From an uncultured Victivallales bacterium (lineage in GTDB: Bacteria; Verrucomicrobiota; Lentisphaeria; Oligosphaerales; JAFGRS01): 39,579 nucleotides of DNA. Below, piece after piece: positions 1 through 8,340 of the stretch (its first letter is position 1; every line of letters starts with the position of its first letter). The position numbers and the translations under genes were made by a program. The stretch is taken from positions 1-39,579 of the forward strand of contig CAIZKT010000170.1 of assembly GCA_903933565.1 (NCBI GenBank), given 5' to 3'. The notes beneath the pieces are model-generated. The model was given only the letters and a program-made list of their open reading frames with translations, was not told the origin of the DNA and searched no databases.

Positions 1-3000
1 CAGTCCAGCCTGTGAAAGTGTACCCGGTCACAGCCGGTGCCGTCAACGACACGCTCGCGCCGTTGGCGATGCCGGCCTTGGTGTAAGGGGTGGTGCCGCC
101 CTGGCCGGTGGTGCTGGTGATCGCAACGCCGCTTGCTCCGGATGAGTTCACTGTCAGGGTCCGCGTGATCACCACGTAGTTGGCCGTCACCGTCTTGTCA
201 GCATCCATCGTCAGGGTGATGGCGGGGTTGGACGAAGTCAGTGCGCCAGTCCAACCGCTGAAGGTGTAACCGGTTACCGTCGGAGCCGTCAGCGATACGC
301 TCGCGCCGGTGGCAATGCCGGTCTTGGTGAAAGGGGTGGTACCGCCGTGACCGGTAGAACTCGTGATAGCAACGCCGGACGCCCCGGAGGAGTTCACGGT
401 AAGGGTGTAGGTGGTGGACTGAGGCGTCCACTGCACTTGGTCAATCCATGCGCAGTCGGATCCACTGTCTACAGATCCGTCCTTGACATACTCCCATTTC
501 AGGGTCTGCGTTCCTGCCGGTACGGAATAACTGCGCTGTGCCCAATCTGAATCCCCGGAAATAGACAGAGGCGCGTCACCTCCAATGTAGAAGCGCAGGA
601 TGTCCCAACCCCCCTCCGATGACACCTTAGACCAAAAACTGATCGTTCCCGGCCCTGATACCGTCGTCTCCATCGAACTCTGCTGAACGTGAGTGATGGC
701 ACCGGATCGCGCCGCATCTACGCTGTCATGTGTGACGGCTGCCTGGCCGAACCAATTAGCGTTACCCCCCGTCGTCCAGGGAAGGGACGGAGCATCCAGC
801 GCATCGCCCAACGAAATCGCCCCCGTCGTCCACTTCGCGTAAAGCGTGACGGCCGCATTGGCGGTGTAGCTCCCGCCCGCAGCGTAATCCGTGCCTGAGC
901 CATTAGCGGCGGTGTTCCAGCCGGCGAAGGCAGAGCCGGTCTTCGCCAGATTGCCGCTGTTGGACGCCAGCGTCAGCGTCACGCCCTGCGTCTTGGTCTG
1001 CGAACCCGGAACCGTGCCGCTGGTCGCGCCATTGGCGTCGTAGCTCACCGTGTACCCCGGATTCGCCCCCCCAATCACGTTAAGGTACTCATCCGCTATC
1101 CAGCCATGCGTTATGCTCGCATCTGACCAGTCAATGAAGCATTCACGCCACGTATAGCCGTCGGCGTCCTGCGTGCTCCCGGTAGCAGCATAGCGCTTTC
1201 CATCGGTTGTCTTCGTTAACTCCGCGGTGCTGAGACCAGGGACGGCACGGATCGCCAAACGATTCGGGAAGACTCCCTTCACTTCTAGCTGTACCGCTGA
1301 TGTGTCGATGTTGACGTCCGCAGCAGGAATCCACCCATCCCAATGGGCATCTATCACTGCCAGGTTCTGCTGCTTGGTTCCTTTGCCGCTAAGGAAAACC
1401 AAGTAGTAGCCGTTTACCAGGTCATACGCGACGAACTTCTGACCAATGGATACAGTCGCGATTGGAGGCGATCCTGCCAAGGGGAGGGTGGTCAGCGAAG
1501 AAGCGTTCTTGACAGCGACTACCCTGTAGTCTGGAGCGCGCCCAAGGGACGCCATCATCTTCGCCCAGTTCCAGTATGTACCAGGGTCGTAGTGAGATGA
1601 CGCACCGCCCCAGTTGCTTGTTGGTGGATATGGAATGCCTGTCTTGGGGTTTGTGCCACCCGGACTGGGAACTTGGTTATGTCCGAAAACATGAGCTCGA
1701 TCCAGCGTAATGCCGTACTGCGTGGAGAGCCAGCCAATCAGCGAGACCAAGGCGTCAGACTGGGCCGTTGTCTGCCATGCTAGTGGAACTCCGGTGCTCG
1801 ATCCTCCCGCATAGCCCTCCAACTCGATGCCGATGCTACGCCTGTTATAAGCAAGGTTGCCACAATGGTAAGCCGTGTTGGCATCACGCACGATCTGCCA
1901 GATCACACCATCTGAGCCGACGATGTAATGGGCGCTCGCCTCCTCCCCCGACGTAATGAAGCGGTTCCTTGCGCTGTCGGGGGTTCCTTGGATAGTGTGG
2001 ATGACAATCGAGTCAAGGGTCACACCACCACGCCCGTTTTTGTCGTAGTTGCCTTCTGCGGCGTCCCCTTTCCATATAGCATTGGGATAGTCTGTCGTCC
2101 CTGTCGTAGTTCCAGCCTGCGTGACCGACACCGTTCTTGTCAGTGTTCCAGATGTGAAGGTAACGGTGGCCGTGCGGGAGGAAGTTGCCGCGTTGCTCGC
2201 CGCCGTCAGTGTGGTAGCAATGCCCGTGCCGGATGTCGTGGAGAGTGTCAGCCAAGCCTGGTTACTGGATGCAGACCATGACCCATTGCAGGTTACAGTT
2301 ACCTGCTGGCTGCCACCTGTCGCCGACGGAGCCCAAGTGGTTGGGGAGACGCTGAGCGTAGGCGTAACGGCAGTCGTTGCAAATGTCACCACATTGACAG
2401 ATTCTGCGCTTGACCACCCCGCGCTGTTCTGACCATATGCACGGTACTTGTAACTCGTACTTGGGGCGAGGCCAGCTACAGTGCCGCTAAAATTATTCCC
2501 GGAAACACTAACACTCCCGGTAACGCCGTAATCAACACCATTGGTTCCCGTCCCCCAAGTTCCCGACGCCTTCGCCCATTCGAACTTGGCAGCCGTCACC
2601 GTTCCGCCACCAGTATCGGTCACCTGACCCCTGAGTGTTGCTGATGTATTTCCGAGATCAGTGACACTCAAAGTAGAAACCGTAGGAGCTACAATAGTAA
2701 CCCCTTGTACTATAAAATCTGGGTTTGACTCCAGGACCCAGCCTGTGGCCTGTCCGACACTGTTTACAGCCCTAAGAGCCCATCCGTAGTTTCCAGGAAC
2801 TAGACCTGTTACTGTAGTAGTCTTCGCCACCGATCCACTAGCATAATAGCTACTTACATAATTCGCCTGTCGGGTGAAAGAGGCGGGCAACTTACGTAAT
2901 TCGACCTCGATTCTGACCGTATATCCTAGCCCGGCATCATCACTAACACTCGCACCGAAAAGAACCCCTTTTCCCTGAGGAATAGAATCTCCAGTTACGA

Positions 3001-3220
3001 TTGGTGCTCCTGTATCTGCACGGTATTGTCTTACGAGAGTCGCATGCGGAAAGGCCCACACACCTTGCGCGACGCCGAGCATGGCGAGCGCGGTGAGCAG
3101 GGGAATGGGTAGGAAGCGGCGGCGATGGACTTGGCCAGGATGTGGGCTCGAACTTCCTGAGTCAAGTGTCCGCGTCGGCCTCGTGGTAGTCGGATTCACA
3201 ATTCCTCCTCGCGTTCCCAT
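1..3220 (-). CDS. Secreted multidomain cell-wall hydrolase with an N-acetylmuramoyl-L-alanine amidase (Amidase_2/PGRP-type) core; 3' end runs off the left edge (partial)
   Basis: Own translation of the minus strand. The ORF is absent from the track because it has no stop inside the window. Start is ATG at 3220, with an alternative in-frame GTG at 3199 just after AGGAGG. The N-terminus HRRRFLPIPLLTALAMLGVAQGVWA looks like a signal peptide, and RRxFL hints at a Tat type. Modules in order: FN3-like (TVTGLVPGNYGW, SGTVAGLAPSTSYKYRAYGQN); BACON-like (LSVSPTTWAPSATGGSQQVTVTCNGSWSASSNQAWLTLS ... RTATVTFTSGTLTRTVSVTQAG); amidase core at about 1600-2030 (LDSIVIHTIQGT, SAHYIVGSDGVIWQIVRDANTAYHCG, NRRSIGIELEGY, AHVFGHNQV); two SH3b-like segments; a Listeria-Bacteroides/InlB B-repeat (YTVSYDANGATSGTVP ... 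FAGWNTAANGSGTDYAAGGSYTANAAVTLYAKW); a jelly-roll-like module (LPWTTGGNANWFGQ ... ISFWSKVSSEGGWDILRFYIGG ... DCAWIDQVQW). At 1-430 there are at least two in-frame 246-bp (82-aa) repeats (TLTVNSSGASGVAITS.TG.GGTTP.TK.GIA.GASVSLTAP.VTGYTF.GWT). Confidence 0.8.
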   Translation of the reverse strand, partial: MGTRGGIVNPTTTRPTRTLDSGSSSPHPGQVHRRRFLPIPLLTALAMLGVAQGVWAFPHATLVRQYRADTGAPIVTGDSIPQGKGVLFGASVSDDAGLGYTVRIEVELRKLPASFTRQANYVSSYYASGSVAKTTTVTGLVPGNYGWALRAVNSVGQATGWVLESNPDFIVQGVTIVAPTVSTLSVTDLGNTSATLRGQVTDTGGGTVTAAKFEWAKASGTWGTGTNGVDYGVTGSVSVSGNNFSGTVAGLAPSTSYKYRAYGQNSAGWSSAESVNVVTFATTAVTPTLSVSPTTWAPSATGGSQQVTVTCNGSWSASSNQAWLTLSTTSGTGIATTLTAASNAATSSRTATVTFTSGTLTRTVSVTQAGTTTGTTDYPNAIWKGDAAEGNYDKNGRGGVTLDSIVIHTIQGTPDSARNRFITSGEEASAHYIVGSDGVIWQIVRDANTAYHCGNLAYNRRSIGIELEGYAGGSSTGVPLAWQTTAQSDALVSLIGWLSTQYGITLDRAHVFGHNQVPSPGGTNPKTGIPYPPTSNWGGASSHYDPGTYWNWAKMMASLGRAPDYRVVAVKNASSLTTLPLAGSPPIATVSIGQKFVAYDLVNGYYLVFLSGKGTKQQNLAVIDAHWDGWIPAADVNIDTSAVQLEVKGVFPNRLAIRAVPGLSTAELTKTTDGKRYAATGSTQDADGYTWRECFIDWSDASITHGWIADEYLNVIGGANPGYTVSYDANGATSGTVPGSQTKTQGVTLTLASNSGNLAKTGSAFAGWNTAANGSGTDYAAGGSYTANAAVTLYAKWTTGAISLGDALDAPSLPWTTGGNANWFGQAAVTHDSVDAARSGAITHVQQSSMETTVSGPGTISFWSKVSSEGGWDILRFYIGGDAPLSISGDSDWAQRSYSVPAGTQTLKWEYVKDGSVDSGSDCAWIDQVQWTPQSTTYTLTVNSSGASGVAITSSTGHGGTTPFTKTGIATGASVSLTAPTVTGYTFSGWTGALTSSNPAITLTMDADKTVTANYVVITRTLTVNSSGASGVAITSTTGQGGTTPYTKAGIANGASVSLTAPAVTGYTFTGWT

Positions 3221-3511
3221 GGATATTTCTCGCGTTGCACCTGACAGCACCAGCTCGGCAACCAGCGTTCTGCCTCTCATCGCCAGCCCCCCTTCTTCGT
3301 GATGCGGGCCATCGTCCGTCCCGAACCCTGACCTCCCAGTATCTGCCTTCTCATAGCGAACGCTTCCTCATGGACAATGCTCACAGGACCCCGGCGGCGA
3401 GGCAGGAGGTCCGCTGGGACTGGGGATGGATTTGCCCAAAAAAAAGAGGGGCGCGACCTTCCGCCCATGTCCTATCTGAGGGACCGCCAAGCCCCATCGA
3501 CCGAGCATAAA

Positions 3512-3544
3512 CCAGAAGGCGCGCCCCGAGGGGCGCGTCTCTGG
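3512..3544 (-). terminator. GC-rich hairpin, possible terminator or 5'-UTR structure (function uncertain)
   Basis: CCAGA-AGGCGCGCCC-CGAG-GGGCGCG-TC-TCTGG. There is a 6-7 bp GC core stem plus an outer CCAGA/TCTGG pairing, and no U-tract. It lies between the AAA remnant (ends 3858) and the amidase gene start (3220), both on the minus strand. Confidence 0.2.
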
Positions 3545-3611
3545 CAGGTCACTCGGTCGACTCGAAACTTGGCGGTTTTCAGATAGGACGAATCCTGCCG
3601 CAACGCGAAAA

Positions 3612-3660
3612 TCAGTTGTCAGTGATCAGTTGTCAGTGATCAGTTGCCCGTAGTCAGTTG
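3612..3660. repeat. Four TCAGTTG heptamers at exact 14-bp phasing (first two units are a perfect 14-bp tandem ATCAGTTGTCAGTG)
   Basis: TCAGTTG starts at 3612, 3626, 3640 and 3654. The sequence is atcagttgtcagtg atcagttgtcagtg atcagttgcccgtag tcagttgg. It is intergenic, about 390-440 bp upstream of the amidase start codon. Confidence 0.7.
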
Positions 3661-3857
3661 GGTCTCCTTCTGAACGGAACAATGCAGGTCATCCGGGCCG
3701 GCCGCGGTTGGTCAGGCTCGGGTTGGACGTTTCGCGATATCGGAAGATTTCGACTCGGCAACACTGCTTACTGCCTCCCCACTCATCAAGGGCGTCAGGG
3801 TGTCCTGCGTTCTGCTTCTGCCGACGCAGTTACCCACAGAGCCGCAGGTTTTGCCTC

Positions 3858-4277
3858 TCAACGGTTACTGACAGTACCCCGGCGCGCCATAGAGTCAAGC
3901 GGTGATCGAACAATAGAGCACCACGGAACGTCTGACTCAGCTCCTGCCGCGCCAAACCCGATGCTCTGCCGCTCCTTCCGTAGCGGCTGCTCGTCATCGG
4001 CGCACCGGCGCAGGATGGCGTCGGTGATCGTCTGTCCATCGGTCGCCGCCTCGAACGCGGTCCGCAGGAGGACGTTCCTGATCGTCCCGCCGGTGAAGCT
4101 GCTGTAGTCCGAAGCCAGCCTGCTGAAGTCCTCGGACACGGTAGCCGCGAGTTCGGCCTGCGGAAGCCAGGCCAGGCGCACGATCCCCACCCGTGTAGCG
4201 AGGGCCAGATACCCACCCATGCTGCTACGTTTCTCGTTCTGTTGGGCTGTGCGGGGCGATTGCCGGTCGCCAGCCAA
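3858..4277 (-). pseudogene. 3' remnant of an AAA+ ATPase (C-terminal lid region only; no Walker A/B part present)
   Basis: The track ORF has a TTG start. The segment RVGIVRLAWLPQAELAATVSEDFSRLASDYSSFTGGTIRNVLLRTAFEAATDGQTITDAILRRCADDE resembles the C-terminal lid of AAA+ ATPases, in the pattern ...LSGG.IRN.al.AAf.Aa..g..It....l.A...E. The frame opens only at 4382, after an in-frame TAG at 4383-4385. Nothing upstream looks like a P-loop, and the upstream DNA is the 107-bp repeat array. Confidence 0.4.
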
Positions 4278-4395
4278 GCCGGCGACCGGGGTCGGGTACT
4301 GGCACCCCCGACCTACTTGCCCATCGGCAACCGAGGCTGCGGCCAGAAACGTAGCAGCATTGAGACACCCACCCCCTATCTCCTATGAGAGGCTT

Positions 4396-4745
4396 TTGCA
4401 GAACCCTCGGCTCGTGGGCGCCGTACCTGGGGATACCGCGAACCCGCCCGGAACGGGCGATGGCATCGCGGGCTCCAAGGCCAGACGCGGGGTTCTGCGA
4501 GAGCCGCAAGGTGACGGCTCGCGGGGGCCGTACCTGGGGATACCGCGAACCCGCCCGGAACGGGCGCTGGCATCGCGGGCTCCAGGGCGGGACGCGGGGG
4601 TCTGCGAGAGCCGCAAGGTGACGGCTCGCGGGTGCCGTACCTGGGGATACCGCGAACCCGCCCGGAACGGGCGCTGGCATCGCGGGCTCCAAGGCGCAAC
4701 GCGGGGGTCTGCGAGATCCGCAAGGGGACGGCTCGTGGGCGCCTT
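4396..4745. repeat. Tandem repeat, 107-bp unit, about 3.1-3.3 copies, each unit with two imperfect hairpins; non-coding
   Basis: Units beginning CCGTACCTGGGGATACCGCG start at 4421, 4528 and 4635. CGGCTCGTGGGCGCC occurs at 4408-4422 and 4729-4743, exactly 3 x 107 bp apart. Hairpins per unit: CCGCGA-ACC-CGCCCG-GAA-CGGGCG-ATGGCA-TCGCGG and GCGAG(AG)CCG-CAAGGTGA-CGGCTCGC. The period is not a multiple of 3, so the repeated peptides in the track ORFs change frame from unit to unit. Confidence 0.85.
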
Positions 4746-4850
4746 CGTGCCGGGGGCCACTCGCCCTCCACGGGTTGGCGCCGCTATATTGGCGCCGCGG
4801 TCGGCCATCGGGGCGCGGACAAACGAGGCTAAGGAAAGGCGGGTGGCAGG

Positions 4851-5774
4851 ATGAGAGGGACCACGGGATTTGCGGTGGTGCTGCTGGGGTGTGTGCTGGC
4901 GGCGGCGCAGGAGCCGGCGGGGACCACGGCTTACACGGCGGGCAAGTGGCTGGCCTGTGCCGACTACTCGCAGGGAAAGGTGTTCCTGGTCGGCCCGGAC
5001 GGCACGGTGCGCTTCGAGGCCCCGGCGCCCAGTTGCGATGATGTCTGGGCGCTGGAGAATGGGAATCTGCTGTTCAACACGGGGCATGGGGTGCGCGAGG
5101 TGAGCCGCGTCGGCGTGACGGTGTTCGAGTACAAGAGCACCAGTGAGGTCTACGCTTGCCAGCGGCTGGAGAATGGCAACACCTTCGTGGGCGAGTGCAA
5201 CAGCGGCCGACTGCTGGAAGTCACGCCCGCTGGCAGTATCGCCAAGGAAGTCCGCCTGCTGCCGGAGGGGAAGGACGGCGGCCATGCGTTCATGCGCAAT
5301 GCCCGACGCCTGCCGAACGGTCATTACCTGGTGGCGCTGACCGGCGCTCAGGTGGTGCGCGAGATCGACGGCGAGGGCAAGACGGTGTGGGAGGTCCCCG
5401 CGCCCAGCGGTCCGCACAGCGTGGCTCGTTTGGCGACGGGCAACACGCTGATCGCGACCGGTGACCTGACCAAGGACCCGCGTCTGTTCGAGGTCGATCC
5501 CGCCGGCAAGGTTGTCTGGGAAGTCAGCAACCGCGATCTGCCTGGAGCCCCCCTGCGGTTCCTTACCGGCTTTCACCGTTTGCCGAATGGGAACACTCTG
5601 ATCAGCAATTGGTTGGGACATGGCGAATTGGGTAAGGCTCCGCACCTGTTTGAGATCACGCCCGACAAGAAGGTGGTGTGGACCTACGAGAACCATAAGG
5701 ACTTCCGCACGATTTCTTCGGTGGTGGTCCTCGATGCCGAGGGCAAGGCGCCGGTCGGCGCCATCGTGCATTGA
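4851..5774 (+). CDS. Secreted six-bladed beta-propeller protein (PQQ/ASST-like repeat), function unknown
   Basis: Signal peptide MRGTTGFAVVLLGCVLAAAQEP. There are six recurring blade motifs: LENGNLLF, LENGNTFVGE, LPNGHYLVA, LATGNTLIA, LPNGNTLISNW, and VVW.. strands. The composition is plausible for coding. The stop lies 4 nt before the next gene. Confidence 0.75.
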   Translation: MRGTTGFAVVLLGCVLAAAQEPAGTTAYTAGKWLACADYSQGKVFLVGPDGTVRFEAPAPSCDDVWALENGNLLFNTGHGVREVSRVGVTVFEYKSTSEVYACQRLENGNTFVGECNSGRLLEVTPAGSIAKEVRLLPEGKDGGHAFMRNARRLPNGHYLVALTGAQVVREIDGEGKTVWEVPAPSGPHSVARLATGNTLIATGDLTKDPRLFEVDPAGKVVWEVSNRDLPGAPLRFLTGFHRLPNGNTLISNWLGHGELGKAPHLFEITPDKKVVWTYENHKDFRTISSVVVLDAEGKAPVGAIVH

Positions 5775-5777
5775 AAC

Positions 5778-7820
5778 GTGAAGGAAGCGAGCATGCGTAC
5801 CCTGGGCGAGGTGCTGAATCTGAGCCGCGGCGTGGCGGCGGAGCAGGACGTGTTCCGGGGGTGCGTGGCGGCCCTGGCCGAGGGTACGGCGCTGCCGCCG
5901 CTGGCGTTTCGCCTCGGGGAGGAGACGCAGGCGGCCTTTTTCGAGCGGGCGCAACGCACTCACGTAAGCCGCACCGCTACGGTCGGCGTGGTCCACGAGT
6001 TCACCTACGCCGATCCGCGGACGGGGGTGGTGTGCCGCCTCGAATTGACCGAGTTTCGGGATACTCCCGCCCTCGATTGGGTGGCGCACTTCAGCCACGC
6101 TGGGACGGCCCGTTCACCGCTGCTCAGCGAGGTGGCGGCATTGGATCTTGGCTGGCGCTGCGACGGCGACGCCTTTCTCTACCGAGCCCCGGGGGCGGCG
6201 GAAACCCCGCGTGATTTCCAGTTCCAGTGCGAGCCGCTGCAGACGATCCGGGAGCGGCGCGCCAGTGTGCGCCTGGCGGCTGGGCGAGAGGGCCGCTCCT
6301 CGGTGGACTGGCTGCCTTTCGCCAACCTGCACAGCGGTGACGACGGGCTGATCGTGGCGTTGGGCTGGACCGGCCAGTGGTTCATGCAGATTGACCGCAA
6401 CGGCCAGGAGGCGCGGCTGCGGGCTGGCATGGAGGGCCTGCGCCTGGCGCTGGAGCCGGGCGAGTCCATCCGCACGCCGCGCCTGCTGCTGGTCGCCTGG
6501 CGCGGCCAGCCGATGGCGGGACAGAACCGTTTGCGGAGACTGATCTTACAGCACTACACGCCGCAGCTCGATGGCCAGCCGGTGCAGATTCCTTCGTGCT
6601 ACATCGCCTGGGGCGGTTCGCCGACCCCGGTGCATATCCGGCAACTGGAACTGATTCGGGAGAAGCAGTTGCCCTACGACTGCTACTGGATCGATGCGGG
6701 GTGGTACGGGACTTCGGAGAAGCCCTGCCCGAACGTCTTCCAGGGCGAGTGGGGCAAGACCGGCAACTGGTGCGTCAATCGCGCCTATCACCCCGACGGT
6801 CTCAGGCCTCTCAGTGACAAAGCCCATGCCGGGGGGATGCAATTCCTGTTGTGGGTGGAGCCGGAGCGTGCCCGGCACGGCGCCCCCATCACTCTCGAGC
6901 ACCCCGAGTGGTTCCTGCAACGGCAGCCTGGCCAGCCGCGTCAGGACGGCGAAAACCTGATTCTGAACCTCGGCCACCCGGCGGCGCGCCGCTGGGTCAC
7001 CGACCTGATTTCGGGCCTGATCACCGCTAACGGCCTGGATTGGTATCGGCAGGACTTCAACATCTGCCCGTTGGAATTCTGGCGCGCGGTTGACGCTCCG
7101 GACCGCCAGGGCCTCTGCGAAATCCGCTACATCGAGGGCCTCTATGCCTTCTGGGACGAGCTGCGGCGGCGCCACCCCGGCCTGCGCCTCGACAACTGCG
7201 CCAGCGGCGGCCGGCGGCTCGACCTGGAGATGATGCAGCGCAGCCTCCCGCTCTGGCGCGATGACTACAACTGCTTCCCGGCGCTTGATCCCGAAGTCGC
7301 CCAAGTGCACGGCTTCGGGCTGAGCCATTGGCTGCCGCTGCACGCCACCAGCCCTTTCAACAAAGCTCCCGGCGACACCTACCGCTTTCGCAGTGTGATC
7401 GCTCCCGGCATCTGCTTCGGGATGGACGAGTGCGGCAATCTCACCTACGACGAGAAGACCTACCCGTGGGACTGGCACCGCAAGATGCTCGAGGACCAGC
7501 GGCGCGCCCGGCCTTTCTGGTACGGCGAGCTGTACCCGCTGACGAGTTGCAGCACGGCGCCCGATGCCTGGATCGCCTTGCAGCTCCATCGCTCAGATCT
7601 GAATGCCGGGGTGATCCTAGCCTTCCGCCGCGCCGCCAGTCCCGTGGCCGCCGTCGAGGTCCGGCTCGGCGGCATCCTGCTGGAGGCGGAATACGCCTTC
7701 GAGGATGCGGACAGCGGCGCCACCTGGGAGGTTGCCGGGAGCGCCCTGATCGCGGCGGGGCTACGCTTGGAGATGGCACAACCGCGGAGCAGTCGGCTGG
7801 TGTTCTACACGGGGCGGTGA
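5778..7820 (+). CDS. Glycoside hydrolase, clan GH-D, most like family 36 alpha-galactosidase
   Basis: Motifs typical of GH36/GH27 catalytic (beta/alpha)8 domains: CYWIDAGWY, MQFLLWVEPE, LDWYRQDFN (KxD-type nucleophile region), LDNCASGGRRLDLEMMQRSLPLWRDDY (C-S-G-G-G-R-like plus acid/base Asp region). The track start is GTG 5778. ATG 5793, preceded by GAAGGAAG, is an equally good or better start. Confidence 0.75.
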   Translation: MKEASMRTLGEVLNLSRGVAAEQDVFRGCVAALAEGTALPPLAFRLGEETQAAFFERAQRTHVSRTATVGVVHEFTYADPRTGVVCRLELTEFRDTPALDWVAHFSHAGTARSPLLSEVAALDLGWRCDGDAFLYRAPGAAETPRDFQFQCEPLQTIRERRASVRLAAGREGRSSVDWLPFANLHSGDDGLIVALGWTGQWFMQIDRNGQEARLRAGMEGLRLALEPGESIRTPRLLLVAWRGQPMAGQNRLRRLILQHYTPQLDGQPVQIPSCYIAWGGSPTPVHIRQLELIREKQLPYDCYWIDAGWYGTSEKPCPNVFQGEWGKTGNWCVNRAYHPDGLRPLSDKAHAGGMQFLLWVEPERARHGAPITLEHPEWFLQRQPGQPRQDGENLILNLGHPAARRWVTDLISGLITANGLDWYRQDFNICPLEFWRAVDAPDRQGLCEIRYIEGLYAFWDELRRRHPGLRLDNCASGGRRLDLEMMQRSLPLWRDDYNCFPALDPEVAQVHGFGLSHWLPLHATSPFNKAPGDTYRFRSVIAPGICFGMDECGNLTYDEKTYPWDWHRKMLEDQRRARPFWYGELYPLTSCSTAPDAWIALQLHRSDLNAGVILAFRRAASPVAAVEVRLGGILLEAEYAFEDADSGATWEVAGSALIAAGLRLEMAQPRSSRLVFYTGR

Positions 7821-8058
7821 TCCTCCTCCGCAAGAGGCCCCCAAGCAAGCGGCACCGTGATCGGCGTGTCGCTTCTGAAAACCCTCAAGCCGAAGCTGAA
7901 AGCCGAGGGTTTACGCCGTTCCCCCTCTCTCCGCACATCGGCCGGAACTCGACCTGCGCCCCTGCCGCCCCGCGATCTGCGGAATCCGCAAAGTAGCCTC
8001 AGAAGTAGAGGTGCGACCCCGGGTGCCTCCTTGGTTTATCCGTCTCAACGTTAAGGCT

Positions 8059-8088
8059 GTGCTGACCCGCGCCCAGCGCTGTCAGCAC
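8059..8088 (-). terminator. Hairpin just downstream of brnA, possible terminator
   Basis: GTGCTGAC (8059-8066) and GTCAGCAC (8081-8088) form an 8-bp stem with a 14-nt loop, 25 nt after the brnA stop. There is no U-tract. Confidence 0.25.
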
Positions 8089-8112
8089 CAGCCGTTTGTT
8101 CGAGCGAGAGGG

Positions 8113-8340
8113 TCACGATGTGGCATGCTCCAACCGCTCGGCGACCCAGACCTTGATGAGCGACTGCCGGGGGACCCCCAATCGCTTCGCTTCCCTATCG
8201 AGAGAATGGACCATCCAGACGGGGAAGTCCACGTTCACTCGCTTCTGCTCTTGGTTGACCCGCCGGGCCTGTGACAGGTCCAGTTCGCCGGTGATATCCT
8301 CTCCGGCGTCAAACCGTTGCTCTAGCTCTCTAGCTTTCAT
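8113..8340 (-). CDS. brnA: BrnA-family antitoxin (ribbon-helix-helix type)
   Basis: MKARELEQRFDAGEDITGELDLSQARRVNQEQKRVNVDFPVWMVHSLDREAKRLGVPRQSLIKVWVAERL matches the BrnA pattern (..vnvDfP.wmv..LD.eA.rlGv.RQ.lIK.w..erl). ATG 8340 overlaps the brnT stop (8330-8332) by 11 nt. The track's longer version starts at GTG 8361. Confidence 0.85.
   Translation of the reverse strand: MKARELEQRFDAGEDITGELDLSQARRVNQEQKRVNVDFPVWMVHSLDREAKRLGVPRQSLIKVWVAERLEHATS

Noticed and set aside
3658-4107. 149-aa plus-strand ORF (TTG start) opposite the AAA remnant
   Set aside because: It has no motifs and is Arg/Ser-rich. It begins inside the TCAGTTG repeat array, and the minus strand carries the recognisable AAA lid sequence.
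4396-4745. Possible CRISPR array
   Set aside because: The entire 107-bp unit is repeated with no unique spacers between short repeats, and there are no cas genes in the window.
4219-4854. ORFs on both strands that translate the 107-bp repeats into repeated peptides (for example PYLGIPRTRPERA)
   Set aside because: The repeat period of 107 is not a multiple of 3, so the peptide repeat shifts frame each unit. The products are Arg/Gly/Pro-rich, and the DNA has hairpin symmetry typical of non-coding elements.
4383-6098. 571-aa minus-strand ORF spanning the repeat array, the propeller gene and the start of the GH36 gene
   Set aside because: It is antisense to two ORFs with clear family motifs. 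Its composition is extremely Arg/Ala/His/Gly-rich with no motifs, and it reads straight through the 107-bp non-coding repeats. It is a typical high-GC shadow ORF.
6546-7589. 347-aa minus-strand ORF inside the GH36 gene
   Set aside because: It is antisense to an ORF with recognisable GH36 catalytic motifs. It is a low-complexity R/A/V/P-rich shadow ORF.
7821-8112. Possible small RNA or terminator in the GH36-brnA gap (hairpin AAACCCTC-N18-GAGGGTTT at about 7878-7911)
   Set aside because: It has a short stem, a large loop and no U-tract, and I recognise no Rfam-like structure. It was kept out of the feature list.
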